Assembly: GCA_963823665.1 (NCBI GenBank)
Contig: CAWGMQ010000003.1
Span: 512,001-576,000 of the forward strand
DNA: 64,000 nt
Source: an uncultured Planctomycetota bacterium
GTDB lineage: Bacteria; Planctomycetota; Planctomycetia; Isosphaerales; Isosphaeraceae
Direction of reading: 5' to 3'
Shown here: positions 31,729 to 40,892 of the stretch, piece by piece
Position numbering within the stretch: position 1 is the first letter of the stretch
How the letters are laid out: each line of letters opens with the position of its first letter
Position numbers and translations under genes: made by a program
Notes under the pieces: generated by a model
What the model was told of the DNA's origin: nothing
The model's input: only the letters and a program-made list of their open reading frames with translations
The model's database searches: none

Positions 31729-31835
31729 CCGCCGCCAAAGCGAACGGCCAAAAAAACAACCTAAGGCGCAGCGCTAGCGCGCCGGATCGCCTCTCAAGCG
31801 GACCGCCGCGCGCAACCAGCAACCGCTAGCGAGCG

Positions 31836-32181
31836 AGCGTGTGATTCGTGGTCAAAAATCTTGCTCAGCCTCGAGCGATCTGCGCACCTCATCCATGCCG
31901 ATCAGCATCATCCGCGGACAGCTCGGCCTGTTAAGACCTTCTGCGTCATTCTGTGCCATCCATGGTCAGAAGTCTCACACGCCCTCTGCTGCATTTTTCA
32001 TCGGCGTCGAGCCGCGTCATCTGCGGACAGTTCTTATCTGACCGGCACGGTGGGCGCGCCTCAGGACATCCGAAGCGAAGATCCAAGGGCGCGCAGAGAG
32101 CCGACCGGCACTCACGACGACTACAACTTGCCGTCGCCCTGACCGGCCTCTCATCCGTGTCAATCAGTGCCATCCGTGGTT
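31836..32181 (+). repeat. Array of five same-orientation nonamer-triplet arms
   Basis: Arms at 31836-31853 (partial), 31891-31920, 31939-31967, 32000-32030 and 32153-32181; pattern ATC/TTC-nG-(C/T)G repeated three times at 9-10 bp period, ending GG(T/A). Confidence 0.75.
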
Positions 32182-32245
32182 AAAAAGTTTGCTTGCCTTG
32201 ATTCGCCTGCCTGCCCGCCGAGACTCGATATTTCTGGTTTGAGAT

Positions 32246-33001
32246 TCACCCCCGCTTCCTCCACAACACCCCCTTCCCATCAATATCCACGATTGGCTCG
32301 TTCACTCCGTGGTCCCGCCGATAATCCTCGACGGCCGCCCGGCAGCTCGGCATCGCCCCATAGTCATCCACAATGCAAAACCCCCCACGTGAGAGCCGCG
32401 GATAAAACCCGTCAAGCACCTGAATCGTCGATTCATACAAATCCCCATCGAGCCGAAGAACCGCGATCCGCTCAATCGGCGCGCCAGGCACCGTATCCTT
32501 GAACCACCCTTTGACCAACCGCACCTGCTCGCCCCACAGGCCCATGCGCCGGAAGTTCTCGACCACCTCTTCGACGCTCACGGCCAACTGTAGAAATCGA
32601 TAAAGCTGATCGCCACGATCCTCGGGATACTTGCCCTCATCCGGCGGTGGCAGTCCCTGGAAGGAATCGAAACCCCAGACCTGCCGGGTCTTGTCTTCGT
32701 GCGCCGCCAAGACTGCCGCCAGCATGATGCAGGCCCCGCCGCGCCAAATGCCGGTTTCGACAAAATCGCCTGGCACATTCTCGCGCACGACAGTTTCGCA
32801 GCATTCCCGCAGCGAGCGCAGTCGAATACGCCCGATCATGGTCATGGCTTGCTGGGGCCAATCCAATCCGCCATCGCGCTTGCGCGGGTCAAACACCGGC
32901 TGCGACCACGGGTCAACGGCCCGATCTTGATAGATCGCGTTGATGAGAACTTCTTGCATCAAGTCAAGGTAGCGGCCGACGATTCCGGGCGATTGGCTCA
33001 T
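32246..33001 (-). CDS. TylF/MycF/NovP family O-methyltransferase
   Basis: AMTMIG, PGDFVETGIWRGG, FDSFQGLP, KGWFKDT, LRLDGDLYEST, IVDDY. Confidence 0.95.
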   Translation of the reverse strand: MSQSPGIVGRYLDLMQEVLINAIYQDRAVDPWSQPVFDPRKRDGGLDWPQQAMTMIGRIRLRSLRECCETVVRENVPGDFVETGIWRGGACIMLAAVLAAHEDKTRQVWGFDSFQGLPPPDEGKYPEDRGDQLYRFLQLAVSVEEVVENFRRMGLWGEQVRLVKGWFKDTVPGAPIERIAVLRLDGDLYESTIQVLDGFYPRLSRGGFCIVDDYGAMPSCRAAVEDYRRDHGVNEPIVDIDGKGVLWRKRG

Positions 33002-33046
33002 CTGTTTGTAATCCCGTTGGTGCCTGCGCTGAACGCTGTTTTGTTG

Positions 33047-33391
33047 TCACGGCTCGCGTTGCTCGCGGCACAGGTAGATGTACGTTGGCTGGCCGCGCTT
33101 GACGGCCGGTCGCAGCTCGCCGGTCACGGTATCGGGCTCGACTACCAGGTAGCGCGTCGGGTTGTCACGGAATCGCTCGGTGGTGCCGTCGGGCTTGGCC
33201 AGGACGTAGACGCCCGCGGCCGCGTCGTGCGTGAAGCTGAATTGCCGGGGTTCCTCTCCGATCTCGTAGGTGTAGGTCGTGACCCCTTCACCTCCGTCAT
33301 CGCAGGTGTACCAGAACATGTGTCTCTCCGGCCGGCCAGTCTCAGCGGCGGCGTGTGGCGGCCGGTCGCTGTCAGGGGAATCAGAATTCAT
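33047..33391 (-). CDS. Hypothetical protein
   Basis: GGAGG RBS before ATG at 33391; GC-typical codon usage; no family recognised. Confidence 0.55.
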   Translation of the reverse strand: MNSDSPDSDRPPHAAAETGRPERHMFWYTCDDGGEGVTTYTYEIGEEPRQFSFTHDAAAGVYVLAKPDGTTERFRDNPTRYLVVEPDTVTGELRPAVKRGQPTYIYLCREQREP

Positions 33392-33439
33392 GGTTGTTCC
33401 TCCAAAGGGAATGGGCAATTCGAACTCCGCTGCGACTTT

Positions 33440-33970
33440 ATCTGCGTCAATCGGCGTCCTCTGCGGACAAGTCTGCTCCATTCGATCGCGTTGTGACGGC
33501 ATGCGCAGTCCGCCGCGATGACACCAGGCCTCTCCGACAGCCCGACCGGGAGTTTCGGCGACGGTGCCCCGAGCAAGCTCCCTCACAACCTTCCTATTCG
33601 TGTGATTCGTGTGATTCGTGGTTCAAAGTCTTGCTCCGCTTTCAGCGCTCTTCTGCGGCGATCAGCGTCATCTGCGGACAGCTTTTCCTGACCGACCCTT
33701 CCGTCCCATGCCGTGCGTGCTCAATGGTCCCGTAACGACATCCTTGAACCACGAAACACACGAACTACACGAAAGCAGAGGGAGTGGCATGAGTTAGAAT
33801 TGGCAATCACCTATTCGGACAAGAAACCTGCATCCGGACCGATTCGCGACCCAGGATTTGCAGATGCCTGACGCACTTCCTCTTCGTGTGTTTCGTCTTT
33901 TTCGTGGTTAAGAATCCCCTTCTGACTCAAGCCCCTTCTTATCTGCGTCATTCGGTGTCCTCTGCGGACA
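33440..33970. repeat. Second cluster of nonamer-triplet arms, including one complete inverted pair
   Basis: Single arms at 33440-33470, 33596-33623, 33651-33680 and 33941-33970; pair AACCACGAAACACACGAACTACACGAAA (33747-33774) / CTTCGTGTGTTTCGTCTTTTTCGTGGTT (33882-33909) with a 107-bp spacer. Confidence 0.85.
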
Positions 33971-34383
33971 AGTCTGCTCCATCTACGGGAAGACAATCGG
34001 CCGGTCGTGCTCAATCGCCACCGCACAAAGTTCCAACAGGCATTCAAACAGGTTCGCGCCGTTCGCGTCTCGGAAGCAATCGTAGAGCGACCCGGCCCAC
34101 GACATAACATTCAGCCAGCTCCTCCGGCTCCGTAGTATCGCCTAAATCCGACGCAAACACGTAGAGGCAATAACCCATTGCAGTTCTCCTTTCGCGAATA
34201 AGCGCCCGAGATCACCAAGCGATAAGTACGGACGCTTGGTTATTCGGTTGACGAACGATGCTCACAACTCCGGGAGCTCCCCGTTGGCATCAATGTGGGA
34301 GTGAGGGGGGAGTGAGACTGGCCTGTTGAAAACTTGCAGTATGCGGAGCGGAGATTTCCCGCCGCGAATGTTGCGCCAACTTT

Positions 34384-34414
34384 CCCCCCCTTTAGAAGGG
34401 AGGCCAGGGGGGGT
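34384..34414. repeat. C-run/G-run palindromic repeat
   Basis: CCCCCCCTTTAGAAGGGAGG-CCAGGGGGGGT. Confidence 0.55.
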
Positions 34415-34559
34415 CCGTCCCGGCGGCCGCGATCAGAAAACCGTCGCGCAACAGAACCGCGCCAGCGGAGGGAACGCCGCTGGCCGGCCTTCGAATCCAA
34501 TCGAATTCCGCGCCTGCCGCTACGACTGGGCTTCGCGAGAGAGCGAGCAAGCCGGTCAC

Positions 34560-35025
34560 TCACAGAGACGCAACTCCGCCGCCTTGCCCTGAAACATGCG
34601 TCGTGAGCAACGCGGCGCAGCGCGCACAAGCGAGCTCGCTCGACCTGCCGCTTGCAAGAACAAATGCGACCGAAGTCGCGCACCGTGTGCACCCAATTCG
34701 ATCGATCCACACCCAGCCGGTCCAGGATGGGAGCCAAGTCGTCAGGGATTGCCCCGCACTTGTCTCGCCTCCCCGGCCCGTCCAATCGAATGGTCACGTT
34801 GCGGAAAGAGCTTGCGCCAGCGCAGTGCGACTTCAGCGTCGGACCATTGCTCGACTCTGTCGGATCGATTGCGGAGCACGAGATGCAGATGGTTGCTCAT
34901 AATTGCATAACAGCACGCCTCGATTCCGAAGAGTTGGGCGAGGTGGCGTAGCCGATCGGTAATCCACGCCGTACTGTGAGAGTAATCACGACCGGAGTAG
35001 GAGTCGGTTCCGCAAAGGAATCGCG
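34560..35025 (-). mobile_element. Internally deleted HUH/Y1 transposase remnant A
   Basis: 34793-35025 is a diverged copy of 36263-36500 (MSNHLHLVLRNRP, WSDAEVALRWRKLFP) fused directly to a C-terminal piece (GAIPDDLAPILDRLG, WVHTVRDFGR). Confidence 0.85.
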
Positions 35026-35059
35026 GATGATCCTGATCAGCGGCGTTCTGGGGGGAGAT

Positions 35060-35572
35060 TTAGCGATTCGCCAGCTCCTTCCACGCCCACAGGCAGGCCA
35101 GGAAGAAGCGTTTTTCGTTGGACGATGCCAGTTGCCCGAAGGCGTGGATTCGCCGCTCTACTTCTTTGATCAAGGACAGCACATCCGATCGCTTGAATCG
35201 TTCCGTCAGGTCGTAGTCCGCGCGGTGGCGCCATTCTTGTAGATCGACAAACGTCTCGGCCAGTTCCCGGATTTCCGCGGGGATGGCGAAGCCCGCTGGC
35301 AGCCCTTTCGCGACGCCTTTCTTGAGTGTCCCACCGCCGAAAGACTTGCAGGCCTCCTTCATCACAGTGTGGGCGAAGGCCCGTCCCAGAACCTGACGGA
35401 ACGGTGCCTGGTTATGCTGTGCCCCGACCTGGATTCGGCAGGCCTCGTCGACTAGCATATGGAAAAGGGCGTAATAGGCCGCCGAGATCGCACGACGTAG
35501 GTTGGCCTGCTTCGGCTTCTTGGCATCGAGCTCCGCCAGGCGGACGGCTTGTTCCAGAAGATCCTTGTACAC
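35060..35572 (-). CDS. HEPN-like protein (putative toxin)
   Basis: LRRAISAAYYALFH and LQEWRHRADY (RxxxxY) motifs; directly downstream of a small acidic ORF. Confidence 0.7.
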   Translation of the reverse strand: MYKDLLEQAVRLAELDAKKPKQANLRRAISAAYYALFHMLVDEACRIQVGAQHNQAPFRQVLGRAFAHTVMKEACKSFGGGTLKKGVAKGLPAGFAIPAEIRELAETFVDLQEWRHRADYDLTERFKRSDVLSLIKEVERRIHAFGQLASSNEKRFFLACLWAWKELANR

Positions 35573-35575
35573 GGC

Positions 35576-35887
35576 TCATTTCTCGTCGTCGTCCTCTTCG
35601 AGCTCGCTCGGCTTGGCGATCTGGATGTAAGGCCAGAGCTCGACGCCCAGCTCGCGAATCCGGCGGCGAACGGCGCTCTTAAGGTCGGTGATTTCCTGAC
35701 CGCTCAATTTCTCGACCTCGACATCCTCGTCGATGACAATCGTCACCCGCAGCGCATCCTCTCCGTCCGAGTCGACGTAGTCCTCGACGCGGATGTCGAC
35801 GACCTTGGGATCCCGCGGCAACTTCGATTTCACCTTGCCGAGCTTCAAGGCGTCCTGGACCTTTTGGATCATCTGATCGACGGCCAT
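35576..35887 (-). CDS. Small acidic protein, nucleotidyltransferase-like partner (putative antitoxin)
   Basis: GGAGGAG RBS; VEDYVDSDGEDALRVTIVIDED; 3 bp upstream of the HEPN-like gene. Confidence 0.5.
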   Translation of the reverse strand: MAVDQMIQKVQDALKLGKVKSKLPRDPKVVDIRVEDYVDSDGEDALRVTIVIDEDVEVEKLSGQEITDLKSAVRRRIRELGVELWPYIQIAKPSELEEDDDEK

Positions 35888-35948
35888 GGTATCTCCTCCG
35901 CGCAAAGCCGGGCTGCTGGGAACGCGACCGGGTTTCACCACAGCCATC

Positions 35949-36590
35949 CTACCAGATTCCTGGCCCCGCTCGCTCGTTCGGTGTCCCCGGGGAATCCGTC
36001 TTCATATCGCCCGGTGCTTCATAGACGCTGCATGCCAAGAGCGCTGCCTCATCGAGAAGCGGCTGAGATTTGAACCGACCGGCCCAGAATCTTCCCGCCG
36101 AGCGGTCCTCCCGATTGGCCGCCCGGGCGACCCATTCACACAAGCACCTCATGAACCACGACAGACTCGACAGCCGGCCGCGCAGGATCGCCAGCCGGTC
36201 AGCGTCGGCCGTGAGCATCGCCAGGTCGACGTCATCGGGCTCTGCTGGCTCGCCGGTAACATCGTCACGTTGCGGAAAGAGCTTGCGCCAGCGCAGCGCG
36301 ACTTCAGCGTCGGACCATTGCTCGACGCTGTCGGGTCGATTGCGGAGAACGAGATGCAGGTGGTTGCTCATAATGGCATAACCGCACACCTCGACGCCGA
36401 ACAGCCCGGCGAGAGCGCGTAGCCGATCGAGAATCCAGGCCTTACGGTGAGAGTAATCACGACCGGAGTACGAGTCGGTGCCGCACAGGAAAGCTCTTCG
36501 GACGCACCGAGCAATGCAGTGATAAACGCCCACGCACTCTTCGTGGACGATGTAGCGGCGAGCAGAGGCCGGCACGTAAGGCTCCATCAC
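35949..36590 (-). mobile_element. HUH/Y1 (RAYT-like, YHC..RCVRRAFLCG type) transposase remnant B, C-terminally truncated
   Basis: VYHCIARCVRRAFLCG, HUH motif MSNHLHLV, LSSLSWFMRCL, GRFWAGRFKSQ, ACSVY; the expected VDLNP continuation is missing. Confidence 0.9.
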
Positions 36591-36778
36591 CAGGCAGGTG
36601 CAGCACGTTAGCGAGAGTATTCACGAGATCAGTAATGGACAAAAATACCAGTAGCGGCGCGGGTGTCAAGAGTGTTGAGAAAAAAATCGACAGCGAAGAC
36701 GATTTGCTCGGAGCTAACCCGGAGTTGCCACTACCACCGCCGCAGATGCTTCGGGACGAGCCCGGTGGCATCTGCACC

Positions 36779-36954
36779 GGGATGCCAGCTTCACATGAGA
36801 TCGGTGGGTGTCTGCGATCATGAGATCGGTGGGTGTCTGCGATCATGAGATCGGTGGGTGTCTGCGATCATCGCCGCGGCTACCGGGCGACGCGCCTGGT
36901 GCCAACATTTGGACGAGGGATGCCATCTCCACATCAGATCGGTGGGTGTCTGCG
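36779..36954 (+). repeat. GGTGGGTGTC-containing direct repeats
   Basis: CATGAGATCGGTGGGTGTCTGCGAT three times exactly (36794-36868) plus a fourth copy at 36932-36954 sharing the GGGATGCCA...CACAT lead-in; inverted core GACACCCACC at 38300-38309. Confidence 0.92.
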
Positions 36955-37246
36955 TCCCTTCTGCGTCCCTCATTTGTCGTTCAACTCGGTGATGCAGCAT
37001 GATTCGCGGTGAAACCAACTGACAAAACCGGATGGAAACCTGGTTACAATCCTTTCGGCGGCGAAGACGGTGATTTCGCGCAGATACACGGCGTGAACCT
37101 CATTTTGAGCGCTTGTGGAGATCGCTGCTCATGATACCGCCTGTTCGGGGGCTAGCGTCAGATTCCGGCACCCGGTCCGATCGGACTCAAGCCGGTGAAC
37201 TTCGACAATACTACGTCCGTTCACTCGAACGCGTGGGTACCTCCAA

Positions 37247-38269
37247 ATGAAAATCGACACGACCACCATCACTTACCTTCGAGGGGGCGGTTTATCTCCC
37301 TACAGTTACGTTGGTGCTCTTCTCGCGACTCGACTCGGACGATACGGAAAGGCAATCACCAGCGTTGAACTTTATCCTTGGCTTCCTCTGCCAGCGGGAA
37401 GCGAACCTGTCGGTGACGGCTATTTCGACAAATGGCAAAGTGCCTTGGAAAAATTTCCGTTCGTCAACTTTGTCCGCAAACAGAAGCGGATCGAGATCGC
37501 ATTTCGAAGCAATCACTTTAACGCTGCCGACATGGCCAATTGGGGGATCACAGCCGAGAAAATTCGACTGGCACGTGAAGAGATTGCTGGAGCGCTTCAA
37601 CTTGTTCGCAAACGAGTCAAATCGACAGACGATTTCGACGTTGACCGATTCCTATCTGATGTGACACTCGCCTTGCAGATTCCTATTGGCTCAATGAAGG
37701 AATGGAACAGGTTACTCAAGGCAAACGCGGAGAAAGACAGGGCCGAATACGCTGCCATGAGTCCTTGGGATCAGCTTGATATCGACTGGACCGAATTCCA
37801 TCCGAAGGCGAGAGAAGTTCTCGACGACCCGTTCTTTTGGGATTGCATCGACGAAATCGCACCGCACGGCAACGACACTGGTGCCGATCTGTTGGAAGAT
37901 TTTCAGAAGTGGAACAAACGAAACTCTCAGAAGTCTCCGTTGATCTTCCTCGAGAATCTGTTCAGCAAATGGGATATCGAGCCGATTGATTGGCATCTGG
38001 CTAAGAGAAATGCAGTTCTCAAAGTCGAATCGGATCGACCAATCGAACTGGCCCTCTGTAACGAAGCTGCAATCGCACTGGCATTTGCAGTTCTCAAGCA
38101 GCGGGCGAATTGTCCCGCCGATGTTGCTCTTCTGGCGATGTGCGCGTTCGAGCGAAGCTCGATTCTGGCGAAGGCACGTAAACTACCCAAGGAAATCAAG
38201 TCGAAGATTTATACTGCAATAACCAGAATGAAGTCGAAGCTGAAATCACTGGCTTATGAAGAAATGTGA
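37247..38269 (+). CDS. Lower-GC hypothetical protein with a YfeS/MolR-like C-terminal half
   Basis: Intact 340-aa ORF, visibly AT-richer than its flanks; HPKA...DPFFWDCIDEIAPHGNDTGAD motif recalled from YfeS-like proteins. Confidence 0.65.
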   Translation: MKIDTTTITYLRGGGLSPYSYVGALLATRLGRYGKAITSVELYPWLPLPAGSEPVGDGYFDKWQSALEKFPFVNFVRKQKRIEIAFRSNHFNAADMANWGITAEKIRLAREEIAGALQLVRKRVKSTDDFDVDRFLSDVTLALQIPIGSMKEWNRLLKANAEKDRAEYAAMSPWDQLDIDWTEFHPKAREVLDDPFFWDCIDEIAPHGNDTGADLLEDFQKWNKRNSQKSPLIFLENLFSKWDIEPIDWHLAKRNAVLKVESDRPIELALCNEAAIALAFAVLKQRANCPADVALLAMCAFERSSILAKARKLPKEIKSKIYTAITRMKSKLKSLAYEEM

Positions 38270-38614
38270 AAGACTGATGCTCGGGAGTTTGGGAACCCGG
38301 ACACCCACCCTCGGGACTCGACAGTCGCGCCTGGGGAAAGTCAGGCACTGCTGACTCGCACCAGTTCCCGCCCCGCGACTGCGGGGCGCCTCGCGTCCGA
38401 CGCTGCGCACAGCAGGCGCTGCGCCACGCACGGTCAGCAACCGGGTGCGCTCGGCTACGTCGCCGGCGCTTGCACGCGCCGGTTGCTTCGAACCCCTCGA
38501 TATTGGATGGCGCTGCTTCGTCGCTTGCCGCGCCGGCGAAAGAGAGTGCCGCGGGCCGGCCTCAAATCCGAATTCCGCGTACGCGGCTGCGACCAGCGCT
38601 CGCGAGCGAGCCGT

Positions 38615-38760
38615 TCACTTACAGAAACGCGACTTGCGCGGCCGCCTTCGCCTGAAACCACCGAAGCGAGCAACCCGGTGCAGCGCGCACAAGCGGACTC
38701 GCTCGACCTGCCGCTCGCTTGAACATGCGCCCGAAATCGCGCACCGTGTGCACCGATTCG
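38615..38760 (-). mobile_element. HUH/Y1 transposase remnant C (C-terminus only)
   Basis: VHTVRDFGRMFKRAAGRASPLVRAAPGCSLRWFQAKAAAQVAFL; nucleotide similarity to 34560-34700. Confidence 0.8.
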
Positions 38761-38890
38761 AAAGCCGATACAATTCGCGCGAGTCGACTTCCTCGTGGAT
38801 CGAATTCAACTTTCGAGCGGACTTCTTGTTTGCGTTCTGAAGCTTGGAGGGCATCGTGTTGAATATTCGCGCCAAGCTGCCGCTCCATTG

Positions 38891-39553
38891 TCACGAGAAG
38901 AGGATGAGTTCGACATCATTCTTCTGGAGTTCGGCCTGAAGTCGCAGTATGTTCTCAAGAACTTCCTTCGTGTCGCGTCCGAAGAAGCGAGAGGTCACGG
39001 AGCGAACCAGGCATGCACGACGGACCGAAGGCGGCGACTTCTCTATTGGATCAAGTATTCGATCGAGTTGAGCAGGGTGGTCTGCAACGCGGTCGTTTCG
39101 CAAATGAGGATGCGCGCGACGGCTCACATTTCCGACACGAGGCTGGGGAATGCGCGCCACGCGTATCACCACCGTAGGCACGTAATCCGTTCCCAGAGTT
39201 TTCTCGGCACACCTGAATTCGACCGCGATGCTCCTGTCACTCAGTTTATCGGTCGCCACCGCCGAACAGACCTTGATGCTGGGTGTTAGTTGTGCGAGCG
39301 ATCGCTTCAAGTAGGCCGCAATCGGCAGGACTCCCTGCAGGAAAGGGGGCTCGGGCTCCTGGCTGAGTTCGAAGTATTCTTCATCAAAGGATGCATATGG
39401 AGTTTGCCAGCCCTCTCTGGGCGCGGTGACACGCCCGCCAGTGCGTGGTTCAGACGGGACGCACGTCCTCCAGCCTCGGGCGCGAGCCCGATCCTCGGAG
39501 GCGGTCACACTGATGTGCGACGCACACATTTCCCATCCGTACCAAGGTCTCAC
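38891..39553 (-). CDS. Hypothetical protein (start uncertain, may be frameshifted)
   Basis: Open frame with protein-like central region; no family recognised. Confidence 0.3.
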   Translation of the reverse strand: MRPWYGWEMCASHISVTASEDRARARGWRTCVPSEPRTGGRVTAPREGWQTPYASFDEEYFELSQEPEPPFLQGVLPIAAYLKRSLAQLTPSIKVCSAVATDKLSDRSIAVEFRCAEKTLGTDYVPTVVIRVARIPQPRVGNVSRRAHPHLRNDRVADHPAQLDRILDPIEKSPPSVRRACLVRSVTSRFFGRDTKEVLENILRLQAELQKNDVELILFS

Positions 39554-40778
39554 GACTCGGGCTGCTTCTCTTCCTCGTCGGAGCTCGGCTCGGTGCTGCG
39601 TGGGCGTTTGCGGGGGGTCGACTTCGTTTCGCTCGACTGTGATGGGGGCGCGTCGTCATCGACTCGCGAGGGAGGCGGTGACTTGCCCCGGCTGACCGTC
39701 TCCGCGTCCAGGAAAACCAGCACCTCGGTACCCGTGGGATAGGTGCCGGGGATCGGCAGGTTGAACCAGCCGTTCTTGTTGGAGAGGACGCCGGGATGAA
39801 TGCCCGCCGAGATGACGAGCGTCTGGCCCAGCCGCCAGTTCTTCACGGTCTGCTCGAGGCGGGTCTGCGTGGCTTCGGGAACGTCAACGGCCATTTCGCT
39901 GGGCCCTGCGTCGCGCGGCGTGATCACTCGCGTGCGATGGAACGACCGCACGGTGTTCACCGTCAGGTCGATCATGGCGTCGGTCGTGTCGCCGTCGTAA
40001 TTGAGGAGCGGGCTGAGCTTCAAAATGATGCTCTCCTCGATCTTGTCCGCTCGGGCCTGGAATCCGGCTCCGGGGCCGCCTTCACGCTGCAGGCCGCTGG
40101 CGAATGCGCGCGGCTCGGACGTCTTGATCGTCAGAGTCTGGCCGTTGACCATTTCCACCCGCTGGTCTGCCAGTTTGCGGAACCCCTGTTGCACTTGCAT
40201 TTGCGAGAGCACGAGCGCCGCGTCGTCGACCCGCATGGTCCAGATCTGCTGACCCTGGGGACCGTTACCCACGAAAGTCAGGCGATTGAAGACCGAATAA
40301 CGCCAGCGCGTATCGACGGCAGCAACAAACTGGACGTGAATCGAGAGCACATCAGCGACGGCGTTGATGAAGCTGTCGACGACCTCGTCAACTTGCTTGA
40401 GCACGTCGGGCGAATTGTACGCGCGGAGCTCGGTCCGGGAGGCGGAGAGCACCGCAATCTTATCACCATGCCACTCCGCCAGGCCGGTTCGCTTGAAAAT
40501 CCAGTCGATGATGGCTTTCTGGGGATTGGTCTGGTTGCTGGCGACGCGCGTGTACCGAGCGATCGGATACCGCTTCCACTGGAAGCCCGGCTCCGGCGGG
40601 AACGGGGCCGGCGCCTCGTCACCGGCGGCCGGCTGATCGTCGCGGTCGTCCTCGCGAGACACCGGCGAGAACGACTTGTCCCGGGTCTTGGACGATTTGC
40701 GACCAGCCGTCTGCGCCCAAAGGCGCCAGGGGCGAGGCTTCCAAGCATCGACAGCATCAAGGCTGTGCGGCGATTCAT
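39550..40778 (-). CDS. Exported hypothetical planctomycete protein (frameshift ~40660)
   Basis: MNRRTALMLSMLG twin-arginine-like leader in one frame, NPQKAIIDWIFKRTG...WHG body in 39550..40662. Confidence 0.7.
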
Positions 40779-40892
40779 GCCAGGTGGCCTCCTTGCAGCC
40801 CTGGCGGGCATCCGATCATCCTGTTTTCGGGGTGTCGAGACTGGGGAGTCATAACAGAGGATGCAATCTGACTCAAGGCCAATCGGCGAGAC

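Noticed and set aside
31836..33970. Canonical CRISPR from the nonamer arms
   Set aside because: Arms are too degenerate and spacers too irregular; reported as a different repeat system.
33985..34178. Short minus-strand gene fragment after an AAGGAG RBS (MGYCLYVFASDL...)
   Set aside because: Frameshifted, under 70 codons and unassignable; may be a real relic but cannot be supported.
36794..36868. CRISPR array
   Set aside because: The 25-bp units abut with no spacers.
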